Source: Octopus vulgaris (lineage: Eukaryota). Taken from it: a stretch of DNA of 64,000 bases. Location of the stretch: positions 58,652,001-58,716,000 of the forward strand of contig OX597825.1 in NCBI GenBank assembly GCA_951406725.2, in the 5' to 3' direction. The notes beneath the pieces were generated by a model, which saw only the letters and a list, made by a program, of their open reading frames with translations, was not told the DNA's origin and did no database searches. Positions 12,748 to 25,900 of the stretch are shown in pieces (positions within the stretch are counted from its first letter, which is position 1; each line of letters opens with the position of its first letter). The position numbers were made by a program, and so were the translations under genes.

Positions 12748-13119
12748 GGTGTAATAATTGTGAGTTATTATTTTTTTGTTTCCACAATTGTCATTCTAGT
12801 AATTTATAATTTTCTAGCCATATTAAGTGTAATTCATTCATTTAAATTTCTTAAAAGTACATTTATTTGTATGAAGCCACCTTAAGCCCTGTTCTTACCT
12901 AGTGTTTTATCAGATTAAATTTAGAAGCAAAAATTTGGTACAAAATTTTTACTTCTAAATACTTGCCAAGAACATAGTTTAAGGTGTCTGCATGCAAATA
13001 AATGTACTTTTAAGAAATTTAGCTGAATGCATTACACTTAATATGGCTAGAAAATTATAAATTACTAGAATAACAATTGTGGAAAGAAAAAGATAATAAA
13101 TCAAAATTAATTGAACACC
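12748..13119. mobile_element. Fold-back Penelope-like 3' remnant
   Basis: 12748-12896 is the inverted copy of 12968-13119, with an inner hairpin atttagaagcaaaaattt/aaatttttacttctaaat. Minus-strand reading runs ..MARKL*ITRMTIVETKK**LTIITPFCLN, like the L.T..P.GLN end of PLE GIY-YIG domains, and continues into the hammerhead at 12572-12617. Confidence 0.6.
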
Positions 13120-13325
13120 TCTAAAAACAAGAAAATTCTAGTACTAATGAATCTGTGCAACTATTTTTAAGACTGTATCTTGCTTCATCTACCACACTCA
13201 GCAGAAGTGAACCATAGGTCATTGATACTATAACTATTTTTAGTAACACCAATATCTCCTAAAAAGACATTTTATTCACTCAGCTTGCTGGTTCCTTCAG
13301 TTTCACTTTTAATGGTAGCAACTAA

Positions 13326-13416
13326 TGGATCCTGATGAAACTGTACTGAACATGGCACCAGGAGGATACGTATCTAACAGTGTGCAGTCGAGGCATTTGA
13401 AACATGTGTAGGTCCA
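13326..13416 (+). ncRNA. Candidate type I hammerhead ribozyme with extended stem II
   Basis: UGGAUC CUGAUGA a ACUGUAC...GUGCAGU cgaggcauuu GAAAC augu GUA GGUCCA; 6-bp stem I, 7-bp stem II, palindromic ACAUGU in stem III. Confidence 0.55.
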
Positions 13417-13555
13417 CGAAAGACTACTGTAAATAACTGTTTAATAAAATTATACATGTGGAAAAAGCTCTGTTCTCTGATCATTAATATATATATATAT
13501 ATATCATCAAGTGGACGTTAAACGATGATGATGATTAATGATATATATATATATA

Positions 13556-13593
<38 letters not shown>

Positions 13594-14449
13594 TACACTA
13601 ACTTCTTATTCTTGTCTTTTCCTCCTTACCTCCTCCTTCTCATCCTCCTTTGCCTCAGCCTTCCTATTATCCTCACCTCTTCACTTTCCTTTTCCCTCTC
13701 TCTGCCTTCCCATCCTCCTCTCCCTACACCTCTCTTTTTTTCTTCTTCTTCTAACCTGCATACCTTCATGTATTCATTCATTTCAGTTTACCTTTTGATT
13801 GGCTTTGTACTGGTGAAAAGTTTCTATAAAAGTAACTTCAATTGTGAAAGTAGGTAGTCTGCAACATAACTACACCTGTACACTCCTGTGGTTGTAAAAA
13901 TGGCTAGCAAAAAAAAAAAAAAGCTAACAATGTTGATGATAACAACAAGAGATGTCTGGAGTGATTCCTTGATCATATCTGTAATGGAAGCAATGCTAGG
14001 TCATGACTAAATATAAATCACTGGACACTGTTCTGCCAATTTCTTGCCAAATCTGATTTGACGGAACCAGTATATAGCCAGATTTATTAATCACAGAAAT
14101 TAAATAACTCCATTTACATATACATATGATATATATATCAGGATATGTATACACACACATATTTATACATATGAATATAAGTAAACACACATACTGCCAT
14201 TGAATGAAAATGCACATAAGTATCAACTGAAATGATTCTTGATGTCTGTGATTCCATTGCTTCACATTCTCAGCTCTACTTGAACCAGAATGCTCACCAG
14301 TTTGGAAAGAGGTGTTCATGATGAGTTATTTTCTGTCTGTAGACTCTATCAAATTTTGGAAATGAAGTGTATTTTAACAAACACTGACTTTATAATCATT
14401 CAATATGTGTATACATGGTTTTGGGCCTTGCCCTGAAATCATCATTATC

Positions 14450-14499
<50 letters not shown>

Positions 14500-14646
14500 G
14501 AGTTCAAATTCTGCCAAGGTTAACTTTGCCTTTCATGCTTTTGGGGTCTATAAAATAAGTACCAGTTGAACACTGGGGTTGATGTAATCAACTAATTCCC
14601 TCCCCCAAAATTGCTGCCCTTGTGACAAAATTTGTAACCATTATCA

Positions 14647-14679
<33 letters not shown>

Positions 14680-15313
14680 GGTGTGGCTGTGTGGTAAGAA
14701 GCTTACTTCCCAACCACATGGTTCCAGGTTCAGTCCCACTGTGTGGCACCTTGAACAAGTGTCATCTACTACAGCCTCAGGCCGACCAACGCCTTATGAG
14801 TGGATTTGGTAGACGGAAACTGAAAGAAGCCTATCATATATATATGTGTGTGTGTGTGTGTGTATTTGTGTCTGTGTTTGTCCTCCCCACCATTGCTTGA
14901 CAACCAGTGTTGATGTGCTTACATCCCTGTAACTTAGCAGTTTGGCAAAAAGAAACTGATAGAATAAGTACTAGGCTTACAAAGAATAAGTCCTGGGGTG
15001 CATTTATTCAACTAAAGACAGTGCTCCAGCATGGCCACAGTCAAATGATTGAAACAAGTAAAAGAATAAAAAGATAAAGGGTAGCGAGCTGGCAGAATCA
15101 TTAGCATGCCAGACAAAATGCTTTGTGGAATTTCATCCATCTTTACGTTCTGAGTTCAAATTCCGCTGAGGTCGACTTCGCCTTTCATCTTTTCAGTGTC
15201 GATAGATTAAGTACCAGTGAATCCCTGGGCCAATGAAATTGACTTACCCCGCCACAAAATTTTAGGCCTTGTGCCTTTAGTAGAAAGGATTATTATTATC
15301 ATTATTCATTTAA

Positions 15314-15542
15314 CCCTTTAGTGTTCACATTATTCTGCCTAAATTAATGCATTATTGATTTATCATCCACATTGTTTTGAACTAATCATGCATTATCTTG
15401 GAGCAATGAGATTTTGATGAGGTAGCTGTTAATTTTTAAAACGATATTGTAGGGTTGGTGTGAGAGACCAGATCTGGCTAGTTTGAACATAAAACAGGCT
15501 GAATACTTTTGGCCGGATATGACCGGTTTAAATGTTAAAGGG
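15314..15542. mobile_element. piggyBac-type MITE, family 2
   Basis: TTAA flanks, ends ccctttag...ttaaaggg. Other copies at about 28306-28751 (interrupted by a family 1 MITE) and 30356-30965 (interrupted by SINE A). Confidence 0.8.
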
Positions 15543-15949
15543 TTAATGTCCATTTTCCATGCTGGATTGGGTTGGAAGTTTTGACAAGAGCTGGCCAGCC
15601 AGAGAGCTGCACAGGCTCCAATTGTCTGTTTTGGCATGACTTCTATGGCTTGATGCCCTTTCTAATATCAACCACTTTACAGAATGTACTGGGTGCCTTT
15701 TATGTGGCACTGACAAGTGAGCCATCATCCATGCAAGTGCACTTCTCTCCTACCACATCATGATTTTCTTTGATATGCTGTTTTGCTATCCTAAACACTA
15801 CAAGCCTCTGATCACCATGTTGCAGAACATTTGTAAATTTCTTCCTCTCTGCTTCTCCCCTGACTAAGTACATCTGTTGCCTAGCTTCCTTTCGAACTAC
15901 ATGCTACCAAAAAAAAAATGCTGGGTGGCTGTAAGTTGGAAGGAAAATT

Positions 15950-16088
15950 AGCAAGAGACCTTCATGGGGTGGATGTAGGTGTCTTCAAAATAAAGCTGGA
16001 CCTCTTCCTGTCAGGTGTCCCAGATGAATCAACTTCGTGGCAGGTGGTGCAGATGAGGGCAGCTGTATCAAACTCTCTCATGCACCAT
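15950..16088 (+). mobile_element. CR1/L2-group LINE 3' fragment
   Basis: RDLHGVDVGVFKIKLDLFLSGVPDE...QMRAAVSNSL matches the FK..LD.FL..VPD.P...RAA.SNSL C-terminus of these LINE ORF2 proteins. Confidence 0.65.
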
Positions 16089-16198
16089 TCTTTATCATTC
16101 TTCTTCATTTTTTGCCTGAGTTTCTTATTTTATTCACAAACACAAATAATTTAGTTTGATTTTTTTTTTTAATTCTGTTCCATTAAATCTCTCTCTGA

Positions 16199-16234
<36 letters not shown>

Positions 16235-16574
16235 GCATTATGTGTGTGTGATGTAGAATTTTATGTTCTAAATCAAAAATAACAAGAGCAACAACTGTTG
16301 AAATGGCAAACGGCAGCACTAAACTCCTAATAAGTATCACTCCCAAGACAAAACTACTGCCATCACCACTAGCATTAAAATCTTCAACCCCAACACCATT
16401 AACACCTTCACAACCACCACCACCACCATCATCGCCAACACCATCACACCACATACAACCATTATCACAACTACCATCTTCAACACCAAGAACAGCAACA
16501 ACAAGAAACTCACCTGAATTTCATAACACAACAGCTAAATTAATGGCAGCAACAAAAAGAAATAATATACATAC

Positions 16575-16608
<34 letters not shown>

Positions 16609-16627
16609 ATATATGCTTGTATGTATG

Positions 16628-16704
<77 letters not shown>

Positions 16705-18189
16705 TTATATATATATATATATTATATTTCTCACCATTGAAATCTTGTGATATTACTCTACTTTTGTTTTTTGCTGAATATTAATTCAAGATTTAAATGT
16801 TTTTCACGTTCATGCTCTTGTCTCCTCTTGTCTCCCTCCTCTAGTGCAGCTGCTTTATCATCAACATCATCATCATCATCATTGTTGTTGTCATCATTGT
16901 TTATACTTTAATTATATCACTCTTTCTTTTTACTTCATCCGGTTTATATGTAAGCCCTCCCCGCTACAAGCAACCTGTCTTTGTGATATCAAGAACTTGT
17001 AACTTAGCAGAAGTGGAGGAGAAGTGAAGGCGGCAAGCTAGCAGAAATGTGAGCACGCCAGGCGAAATGCTTAGCAGTATTTCATCTGTGTTTACGTTCT
17101 TAGTTCAAATTCTGCCGAGGTCGACTTTGCCCTTCATCCTTTCAGGGTCAATTAAATAAGTACCAGTTATGCACTGGGGTTGATATAATCGACTCAATCT
17201 GTTTGTCTGTCCTTGTTTGTCCCCTCTGTGTGTAGCCCCTTGTGGGCAGTAAAGAAACAAGAAATAAGAAATAAGAAGTGGAGAAGGAGGACTTTATTTG
17301 TGGCAAATAAGAAAAATCTTCTTCCTACCCCTCCTCTTCATTATCATCACCACCATCATTATAATTGCTGTGGTGTTTGATTGGCAGAATTGTTAATGTT
17401 CTGGATATTTGGCTATTTGTTCCTAGTCTCTGCATTCTTAGCTCAATCCCCTCTGAAGCCAATTTTGCTTTTCATCCTTTCAGAGGCAATAAAATAAAGC
17501 ATCATATTTGATGGCAATATAAGATGCACTTTTTTCCCCACCAAAAAATATCTCAATAAATTACTCTGAGTCTTGTATGCAAAGTTGTAATGCACTAAAA
17601 AGTGGTTTTCATTTTGGTTTTGTATTTTCTCTTGTGTCGTTAATTTTCTATGTAATATGTATACAGTTCTGAGATTTGCTATCTTCTTTATGTTGTGAAT
17701 ATTTCTAAATCCTTTTACATTCTGAGTTCAATTGCTGCTGGAGTCGACTTTACCTTTTCTTCCTCTCAGGATTGATAAAATAAGTACCAGTAGAATACAG
17801 GAGTTGGTTTGATTGACTTAGTCCCTCTCCCAAACATGCTGGCCTTATGTCAAAATTTGAAACCAATATTTCTAAATCCTAGAAATTTTATTACATCTTA
17901 ATCTATGTCATTTTTTTTTTATCATTCTATTATTACTATTAAGGTGGTAAGCTGGCAGAACCATAAGCACACCGGGCAAAATGCTTAAGTGACATTTCAT
18001 CCGTTCTTATGGTCTGAGTTCAAATTCCACCGAGGTCAACTTTACCATTTATTATTTCAGGGTTGATGAAATAAGTACCAGTGGAACACTGGGATCAATA
18101 TAGTTAACCAATTCCTGCCCGCAAATTTCAGGCCTTGTATCTATAGTAGAAAGGAGGAGGAGGGTGATCGGCGTCGGCGGCGTCATTAT

Positions 18190-18480
18190 CATCATTATTA
18201 TTATTACAAAAAAAAATGTTTCTATTTCCAGGCCTCCCATTTTGATTATCTCTATTCCCAGTTCATTATTTTTGGATCATTTCTGTTTCTTTCATAGATA
18301 CAGTATCATCTTGTTAGCACTTATACTTTGAATTGGAGATTTTTGCATCTTTAATGGTCCTTGACAACAATATTTGGTCGATTAGACTTAATCTCTTTCT
18401 GTCTGAGTTTTTGATATAACACAGACTATGGTTGCTTTGACATTCTCTGAGACCTTTTCTAGAGTGTGTCTACACCATAT
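18190..18480 (-). mobile_element. R4/Dong-clade LINE, restriction-like endonuclease remnant (decayed)
   Basis: Frameshifted KVSEN.K...KEIKSNRPNIVVKD...MKETEM...LGIEIIKMGGL, homologous to the 50.6-51.8 kb copies. Confidence 0.55.
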
Positions 18481-18808
18481 CTTCTTTTTTTTTATCAGTA
18501 TTTTTTTATTATTTTTTAGTTGTTTCAGTCATTTGACTATGGCCATGCTGGGGCACCATCTTGAAGACTTTTAGTTAAACAGATTGACCCAGGACTTTTT
18601 TTATAAGCCTTGGACCCATTCTGTCAGTCACTTTTGCAGAACTGCTAAGTTACAGGGATGTAAACACACCAACACCAGTTGTCAACAAGGTGGGGGACAG
18701 ACACAGACACAAAGACACACACACACAGGCATATACACACACACACTCACACACACACACACACACATGATGTGACTGATTTGATAGGCAGTATTTTACA
18801 ATTCTGTA

Positions 18809-18851
<43 letters not shown>

Positions 18852-19574
18852 TTTTTATAAGCTTAAACCTTATAGGCAATCACCGTTCAGTGGCTAAAGA
18901 AAAAAATCTAATATTGGGGCATATAAGCTCTTGACAGAAAAAAGTGGGTGTCCTGTACATGTGGGTCTTAGACCCACACCTCCATGTTTTCACAAGTGTG
19001 CTACCATTACACCAACATACAACCTCGCTTCTTTCCATGATAAACCCCAATATTAGACTATTTTCTTTAGTTAATACACAGTAATTGCTTATAAGCTTTA
19101 AGCTTATAAAAATATTAATATATATATATACATATATGATGGGCTTCTTTCCATTTCTTATTTCTTTACTGACCACAAGGGGCTACACACAGAGGGGACA
19201 AACAAGGACAGACAAACAGATTAAGTCGATTATATCAACCCCAGTGTGTAACTGGTACTTATTTAATCAACCCCAAAAGGATGAAAGGTTAAGTCGACCT
19301 CGGTGGGACTTGAACTCAGAATGTAAAGACAGACAAAATACCGCTAAGCATGCTAACGTTTCTGCCAGCTTGCCACTTCTTTGCATTTCTGTCTACCAAA
19401 TCCACTTACAAAGCTTTGGTCAGCCTGAACAGTATAAGACACTTGTCTAAGGTGTCCTCACAGTGGGACTGAACCCAGAACCATGTGGTTTGGAAGCAAG
19501 CTTCTTACCACACAATCACGCCTGCACTTTTCGTTATGTTTGGTATTCCATACTTCTGGCATAGATTCTAGTAG

Positions 19575-20215
19575 TTATTACACAGGATGAAACAGTCCAT
19601 CACTATGATCCTGAGATTAAAGTCCAGTCGAAGTAATAGAAGCATGATAACTCACCACCTCCAAAGAAGGCTGGTATCCAACTCTCAGCAGGCAAGGTGA
19701 TGCTCACAGACTTTTGGGACCAGCATGGAATAGTGATGATTTTCTGGATTTTCTGGTAAAGGGCACCACGATTAATGGAGAATATTATGCTTCTCTACTA
19801 CAGAAATTGTACCATCAAAGCAGAGAGTCATGGCATGCCTCCTTCAAGACAACACCCCAGTTCACAATGCACATGTTGCTCAGATGAAAGCACACTCCTG
19901 TGGCTATGAAATCCTTCCCTTACTCTCCTGACCTTACACCATCTGACTTTTACCTCTTTCCAACCATGAAATCTTTTTTGAAGGGGAAGCACTTTTCGGA
20001 TGAGGATAATGAGCTTATTTCCAAGGTAATGTTTTAGCTCCAAACACAACCTGCTGACTTCTATAGATGAGGTCTTCACGGCTGCAAAAGGCGATGGGAG
20101 AAGTGTATCACCATTGGTGGTGGTTATATACAGAAGGTCTAATAATTATGCCAAGTTCCGTCCATCTCAGTCCTTGGGAAGTGGGTCAGGGGAAATCTTT
20201 AATGAACACCCCTTG
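19575..20215 (+). mobile_element. Mariner transposase pseudogene (3' half plus TIR)
   Basis: TQDETVHHYDPEIKVQSK, SAGKVML..FWD..G, LQDNTPVH, PYSPDLTPSDFYLFPTMK motifs with stops and frameshifts; terminal tttaatgaacaccccttg followed by TA. Confidence 0.85.
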
Positions 20216-20218
20216 TAT

Positions 20219-20249
<31 letters not shown>

Positions 20250-21359
20250 CATACATACATACATACATACATATGTATGTATACATATACATACACATAT
20301 ATATATATACACACACACGTTTTTAGATAGACTGATATGGAAACACACTCATCAAGCGCAAATTCATGGGCCTGTGTGGACAAATATAAGAATACAAACA
20401 CAGAAAAATTAATATTTATGCAGTCACAGATAATGGCCCATTCATACACATGTGTATATGTGCACACATACATGAACACTTGCACACACACACACTCCTC
20501 CACATTAGTGGACAAAACAGTGGCACGCATACATATGTATATTACAACAATGTCAACATATACAAAGATATCGCTTGCAAACACACACATTTTTTCAATG
20601 TCTCTATCATACATACATACACACACACACACATGTCCACTCTCTTTCTGTCACCCTCTTTCTCTCTTTCTCTCTCTCTCTCTCACTCTGTCTGTCTGTC
20701 TCTCGCTTTCAGTCTGTCTGTTTGTCTGTGTCTCCCCTTCTCTCTTTCTCTCCATTGCACACACACACACACAGATACACACACATGCATTCCTACATGT
20801 ATGCACAGCAAAAGACCACATGCAGAAACATAGCATTCACACATGTGAAAACCAATCAACGATATAATCACATACATGTCTGCAGTCAATGTGTTTCAAA
20901 GACATATACACACACACACACACATGCACACATAAACACATACACACAATCAAACTGCCATACACATACAATTATATACACCACACATGCATATGGACAC
21001 AATTACTCATAGATACACACAAATTCAACTACTTACAGACACTATTTATAGAATGTTATACACATGCACACATAATCACACAATCAATATGCACACACTC
21101 ATACAATCACACAGTGATATACACACTATTGCACAGTTACACATACACAATAACATTCAATACATATATGCACAAAGCACACACACCTACACACATACTA
21201 ACACAATCACAGTCACATACACACACCAAAAACACACACATACACCCAATCACACACACTGATGCAATCACTCATGCAATATACGCAAACATACACACAA
21301 TCACATTAATACATACTCACACACACATAACCCTATCATACAGTCATACACACACACTC

Positions 21360-21680
21360 CAATGCAATTACACAATCATACACAAACACACACCCATACA
21401 CATGATCACACAATCACACATTCATACACACGCCAATGCAATTACACAATCATACACAAACACACACACATACACATGATCACACAATCACACATTCATA
21501 CACACGCCAATGCAATTACACAATTATACACAAACACACACACATACATATGTTCACACATTCACACACACACACCAGTGCAACTACACAATTATACACA
21601 AACACACCCACACATACACACGATCACACAATCACACACACACACCAATGCAATTACACAACCATACACCAATGCAATTA
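21360..21680. repeat. 74-bp CA-rich minisatellite within a low-complexity tract
   Basis: caatgcaattacacaatcatacacaaacacacac..atacacatgatcacacaatcacacattcatacacacgc starts at 21360, 21434 and 21508, then decays. Confidence 0.75.
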
Positions 21681-22069
21681 CGCAGTCATACATAAACACA
21701 CGCACACACTCACCTCACATACACACACAATGTCATACACATACATCCATACAACATGTCATCGATGTTCCTCTCAACATGGTGACATTATAATCACCAT
21801 TTGTCCACCATTATCTTCGTTTACTGATCAAAAAAAATGGCTGTCTTTTTATTAATCTTCTTAAAGACTTTGGTAAGACCGATTTATGGCCAGTGTTCAG
21901 TGAATGGCAGTCTCTGACTGTTGCTGTGGGGATTACTAGAGCGTGTGATGTTGCATGGCAGCGACAGGGATCTGGATATAGAGACAAAAGGTCTCCAAGC
22001 TTTTAGTAGGAGGGAACGGTGAAGATGGAACAGAATGTGTATTTTGTATGCATGGCTGCATATGTGTAT

Positions 22070-22124
22070 GTATATATATGTGTTTGTGTGTGTGTATGTA
22101 TATGTGAATATATATATATGTGTT

Positions 22125-22158
<34 letters not shown>

Positions 22159-22335
22159 AACACATATATATATGTATATATATAACATATATATATATAT
22201 AAACACATATATATATGTATATATATAACATATATATATACAACATATATATATGTATATATATAACATATATATATTATATATATAACATATATATGTA
22301 TATATATAACATATATATATTATATATATAACATA

Positions 22336-22397
<62 letters not shown>

Positions 22398-22427
22398 ACA
22401 TATATATATATACAACATATATATATG

Positions 22428-22459
<32 letters not shown>

Positions 22460-22487
22460 CAACATATATATGTGTATATATATATAT

Positions 22488-22522
<35 letters not shown>

Positions 22523-22564
22523 CATATGTATATATATATAACATATATATATATATATATAACA

Positions 22565-22639
<75 letters not shown>

Positions 22640-22700
22640 GTATAAAACATATGTATAACATATATATGTATACATATATGTGTGTGTGTGTGTGTGTAAG
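22070..22700. repeat. Compound (TA)n / tatataaca microsatellite-minisatellite
   Basis: Direct inspection. Confidence 0.9.
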
Positions 22701-24729
22701 TTTGGGTATATGAGCATGTGTATGTGGGGATTATGTTGGTGTTGGCACCAGCAATGATAGTGGCTGTCACATGATAGGATTAATGCAAATGAGCTGAGAG
22801 ACAGAAACATGTCCAGAAAGACAGGCTGAAACGTGAAGCAGAAAGGCTAACAGAGAAAGGAAAAGGAAGAGGAAGAAAGACAAAGGGAAGAAAAAGTATC
22901 TGGAGAAGTAGAGAGTAGTGGTGGATAAAGAAGGAAGACAATAATGAACGAAATGAAGGAAGTGATGGAAGGAGAAAGATATTTAAAATGATCGGATGAT
23001 CACTGCTGGAACACTTTGCTTAAAGGTCTGCTCAGCAAGGGCTAATCTGGAGGAAAACAGCAACAATGACAAGAGTGCCCAACAAGCCACAAGTGAGCTT
23101 TTGTGGGATTACTTGACTAGCTAGAAATAGCAGCCAAATTTCAAACCCTTGTCGTCTTTAGAAGAAATGATATATTGGGAGAGCCAGCATTAAGCGCTAG
23201 AGCAGCGATTCTCAACTGGGATGCATATGGCCTTGGGGGGGGGGTTCCATGTGGCCCTTAAAGGTTTTGTTGTTAAAGATTGTGCTATTAATTGGTTATG
23301 CTTCTATAACGCACAAAATATTTTAACAATTGTTTATACAATTACTTATAATATTTAATTATAAAATTACAGTAAGTTTTTTTTAAAGCATCAAATTGCT
23401 ATGGGAATCCAGTAGTGTAAAATTTGAATGCACTAGAGAGAGAGAGAGACAAACTAATTATTTAGGGTTGTAAAATCTAGTGATAGGGGTGAGCATCACA
23501 AAATATTTGAACAATTTAGTCAAGAGGGAGTAAGTGTTCTCTGAAGAAACCTGCTAGAATGTATTAAGATTTAATAAATACATTATTGTTTGGATCCTTG
23601 CTGTGCTTTCTGCACCCCATGGATTATGATCTGTTTGGCAGACATCAACGCATATTAACAAATAATTTGGTTCTTGATTTCTGCAAACAAAAGCCTGACC
23701 TCTTGTTAGTCCATCAGTCCAGTAAGTAGCTTTGACTGAGAAGACACGCAATAAAGCCAAGACACCATAGTATCTCAAAGTTTCCTTACATCAGTAAGTC
23801 ATGAGTGTTCAGAACATACATCATTTAGAGAAGTGAGTGCTCTCTGCTATGATGTAAAACAACAGTGACCAGATATTCAAATCAGCCAGAATGAATTAAG
23901 AATGAATAGATACATCATTGTTAATCTAAATTGAAATACAAAAACTTAGTGGACCACATATAAAAATACGTATAAATTCTAGAAATGGTAAATCCACAGA
24001 TATTTGCAGCAAAATCTCACTGTATGGAACAAGGTGGTCATCACTTGAACTCTCATTTCTTTTTCATGCACAAACCATTCTTTTCTTTTAACTCTTTTGT
24101 TACCAACCCGGCTGAAACTGGCTCTGGCTCTGATTATGAATGTCTTGTTTTCATAAGTTCTGAAATAAAAACTTCCACAAACCTTGGTCACAAATTATGT
24201 TCCTAACACTAGCTTCATGATAACTTAGTTATTTACTAAATCCTTTGTTATATTTAAAGTAATTGAAAGAAACACAGCATCTCAAAATAAATACAGTAAC
24301 GAAAAGGTTAAAGTAAAACCAGATTATTCTTAACTTTATTTGTACATATATTTGGCAAACTATTAATTCACTTACACCTTTCCAAATCTAGATCCAGCCA
24401 ACTAGGTATCCTCCACCCACTAGAAATAATGGCTGAGTATCCCACAGACACATATCTTTAATGTAATTGTCAAGCAGAATCAACATGACAATGTACCTTT
24501 TGAATTACAGATACAACCCACCCAATGGGCTTCTCTATAGTTTCCATCTACCCAACTTCATTCAAAAGGTTTGGGTTGAGTTGAAACCAGAAAAAAGAAA
24601 TGACAAGATGCCACACACTAGAATCAAACCTGAGACTTGTGGTTGCGAAGTGAACTTCCTAACTATTTGGCAATAATGCACCTCTATATAGTGATATGTT
24701 TTGTTTTTCTTTTTCTTTTTTTTTTCCTG

Positions 24730-25230
24730 CCTTTAACCCTCCAACTATAAGTGGAGTATAGGCCACTTATAGTTGAATTCCATATCGCATAATTTTTCGC
24801 TTCTGTACTTATACTCTGCCATGAATGTCCCCCTTTCTCTAATTCCTTTTGTGTTGATCTACACCACAAATTCTTAGGCCTACCTTTCTTTCTATATCCA
24901 TCCAGATTCCACTGTAAAGCACTTTTCACTACATTTGGTGTGTCTTTTCAAATTGTGCTACCAATCCACTTCCACTTTTTCTTTAATATTTGCTCCCTAA
25001 TCAAAACTTGATTTGTTCTTTTCCATAGCTCCATATTACTTATGTGTTCGGGCCATCTGATTTTAAGTATGCTACACAAGCATCTGTTGATGAATGATTG
25101 TATTTGCTTATTTGACTTAACTGTTGTTCACCATGTCTCAGCCCCCTTACAAAAACACTGCTTTTATGTTAGTGTTAAAAATTCCTATTTTGTTCTTTAT
25201 TGAAATTACTCTTGCACTCCATACTTTTTT
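24730..25230 (-). mobile_element. RTE-clade LINE 3' fragment
   Basis: [31 protein letters not shown]...KWKWIG...ALQWNLDGYRKKGRPKNLW...WNSTISGLYS, a typical RTE ORF C-terminus. Confidence 0.85.
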
Positions 25231-25539
25231 TACCAATGACATGTAAGATAATAAAATTATAGATTACTTGTTCTCTAGTCAATTATAATTTTTCTGCTGG
25301 TCTAATAACACTGATGGTTAAGGAAGGAAGTGAAGGATGTTTACATTATCGGGTTGGAAGAAGAGAGTGCACTTTGTAGGGCTGACCTACAGCATTGAAT
25401 TCCCTGATGCCAACCCTTCACATTGGACAAAGAAAAAGACAAGAGTTGCTTTTATTTCTCTTTGGCTCTTGAGAGACAGTGCTGGTGATGACTAATTTCT
25501 GATGTACAGTGCTTCATTACTTGCACCATTAAAGTCACC

Positions 25540-25900
25540 TTCACCAGCAGTTCTTTAGGGCAGTTACTCTGAGTATAGCAGTTGAACATGGGTCATTAAC
25601 CAACATCATCAACAAGTGAGATGTTATGAAGCGTATGAGGTGGGGGGTAGGAGAGAGAAGATAGTAGGGATGGAGAGAGGTAGGGGTAATAGGTTGGGAT
25701 ACATAGATGGCAGTGGAAGGTAGGAGGGAGGTCGAGCTTGCATGGAAATATTTCCATATTTGAGTAAATTCTATCCCGTTTTTTGTTTGGTTAATCTGAG
25801 ACAGGTGAGAGTGAAGGTGGGGTACTGTCACTATATTTTTCAGATTGATGTGATTGATGTTCAATTTAAGAATTTATTAATTGACTGAGGCTGTTTGTAG
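25540..25900 (-). mobile_element. Possible Penelope-like 3' remnant
   Basis: NINHINLKNI...QINQTKNGIEFTQIWK followed by a pyrimidine-rich tail; weak resemblance to a GIY-YIG C-terminus. Confidence 0.3.

Noticed and set aside
21360-21680. Regularly spaced repeats considered as CRISPR-like
   Set aside because: Head-to-tail minisatellite without unique spacers; eukaryotic context, no cas genes
21860-22040. GC-richer segment considered as an upstream channel exon
   Set aside because: No frame gives Cys-loop receptor motifs and there is no convincing splice pair
20114-22810. Many overlapping YIYI/THTH/CVCV ORFs (also at 32.1-32.4, 45.9-47.5 and 53.1-53.9 kb)
   Set aside because: TA, CA and TACA microsatellites lack stop codons in most frames
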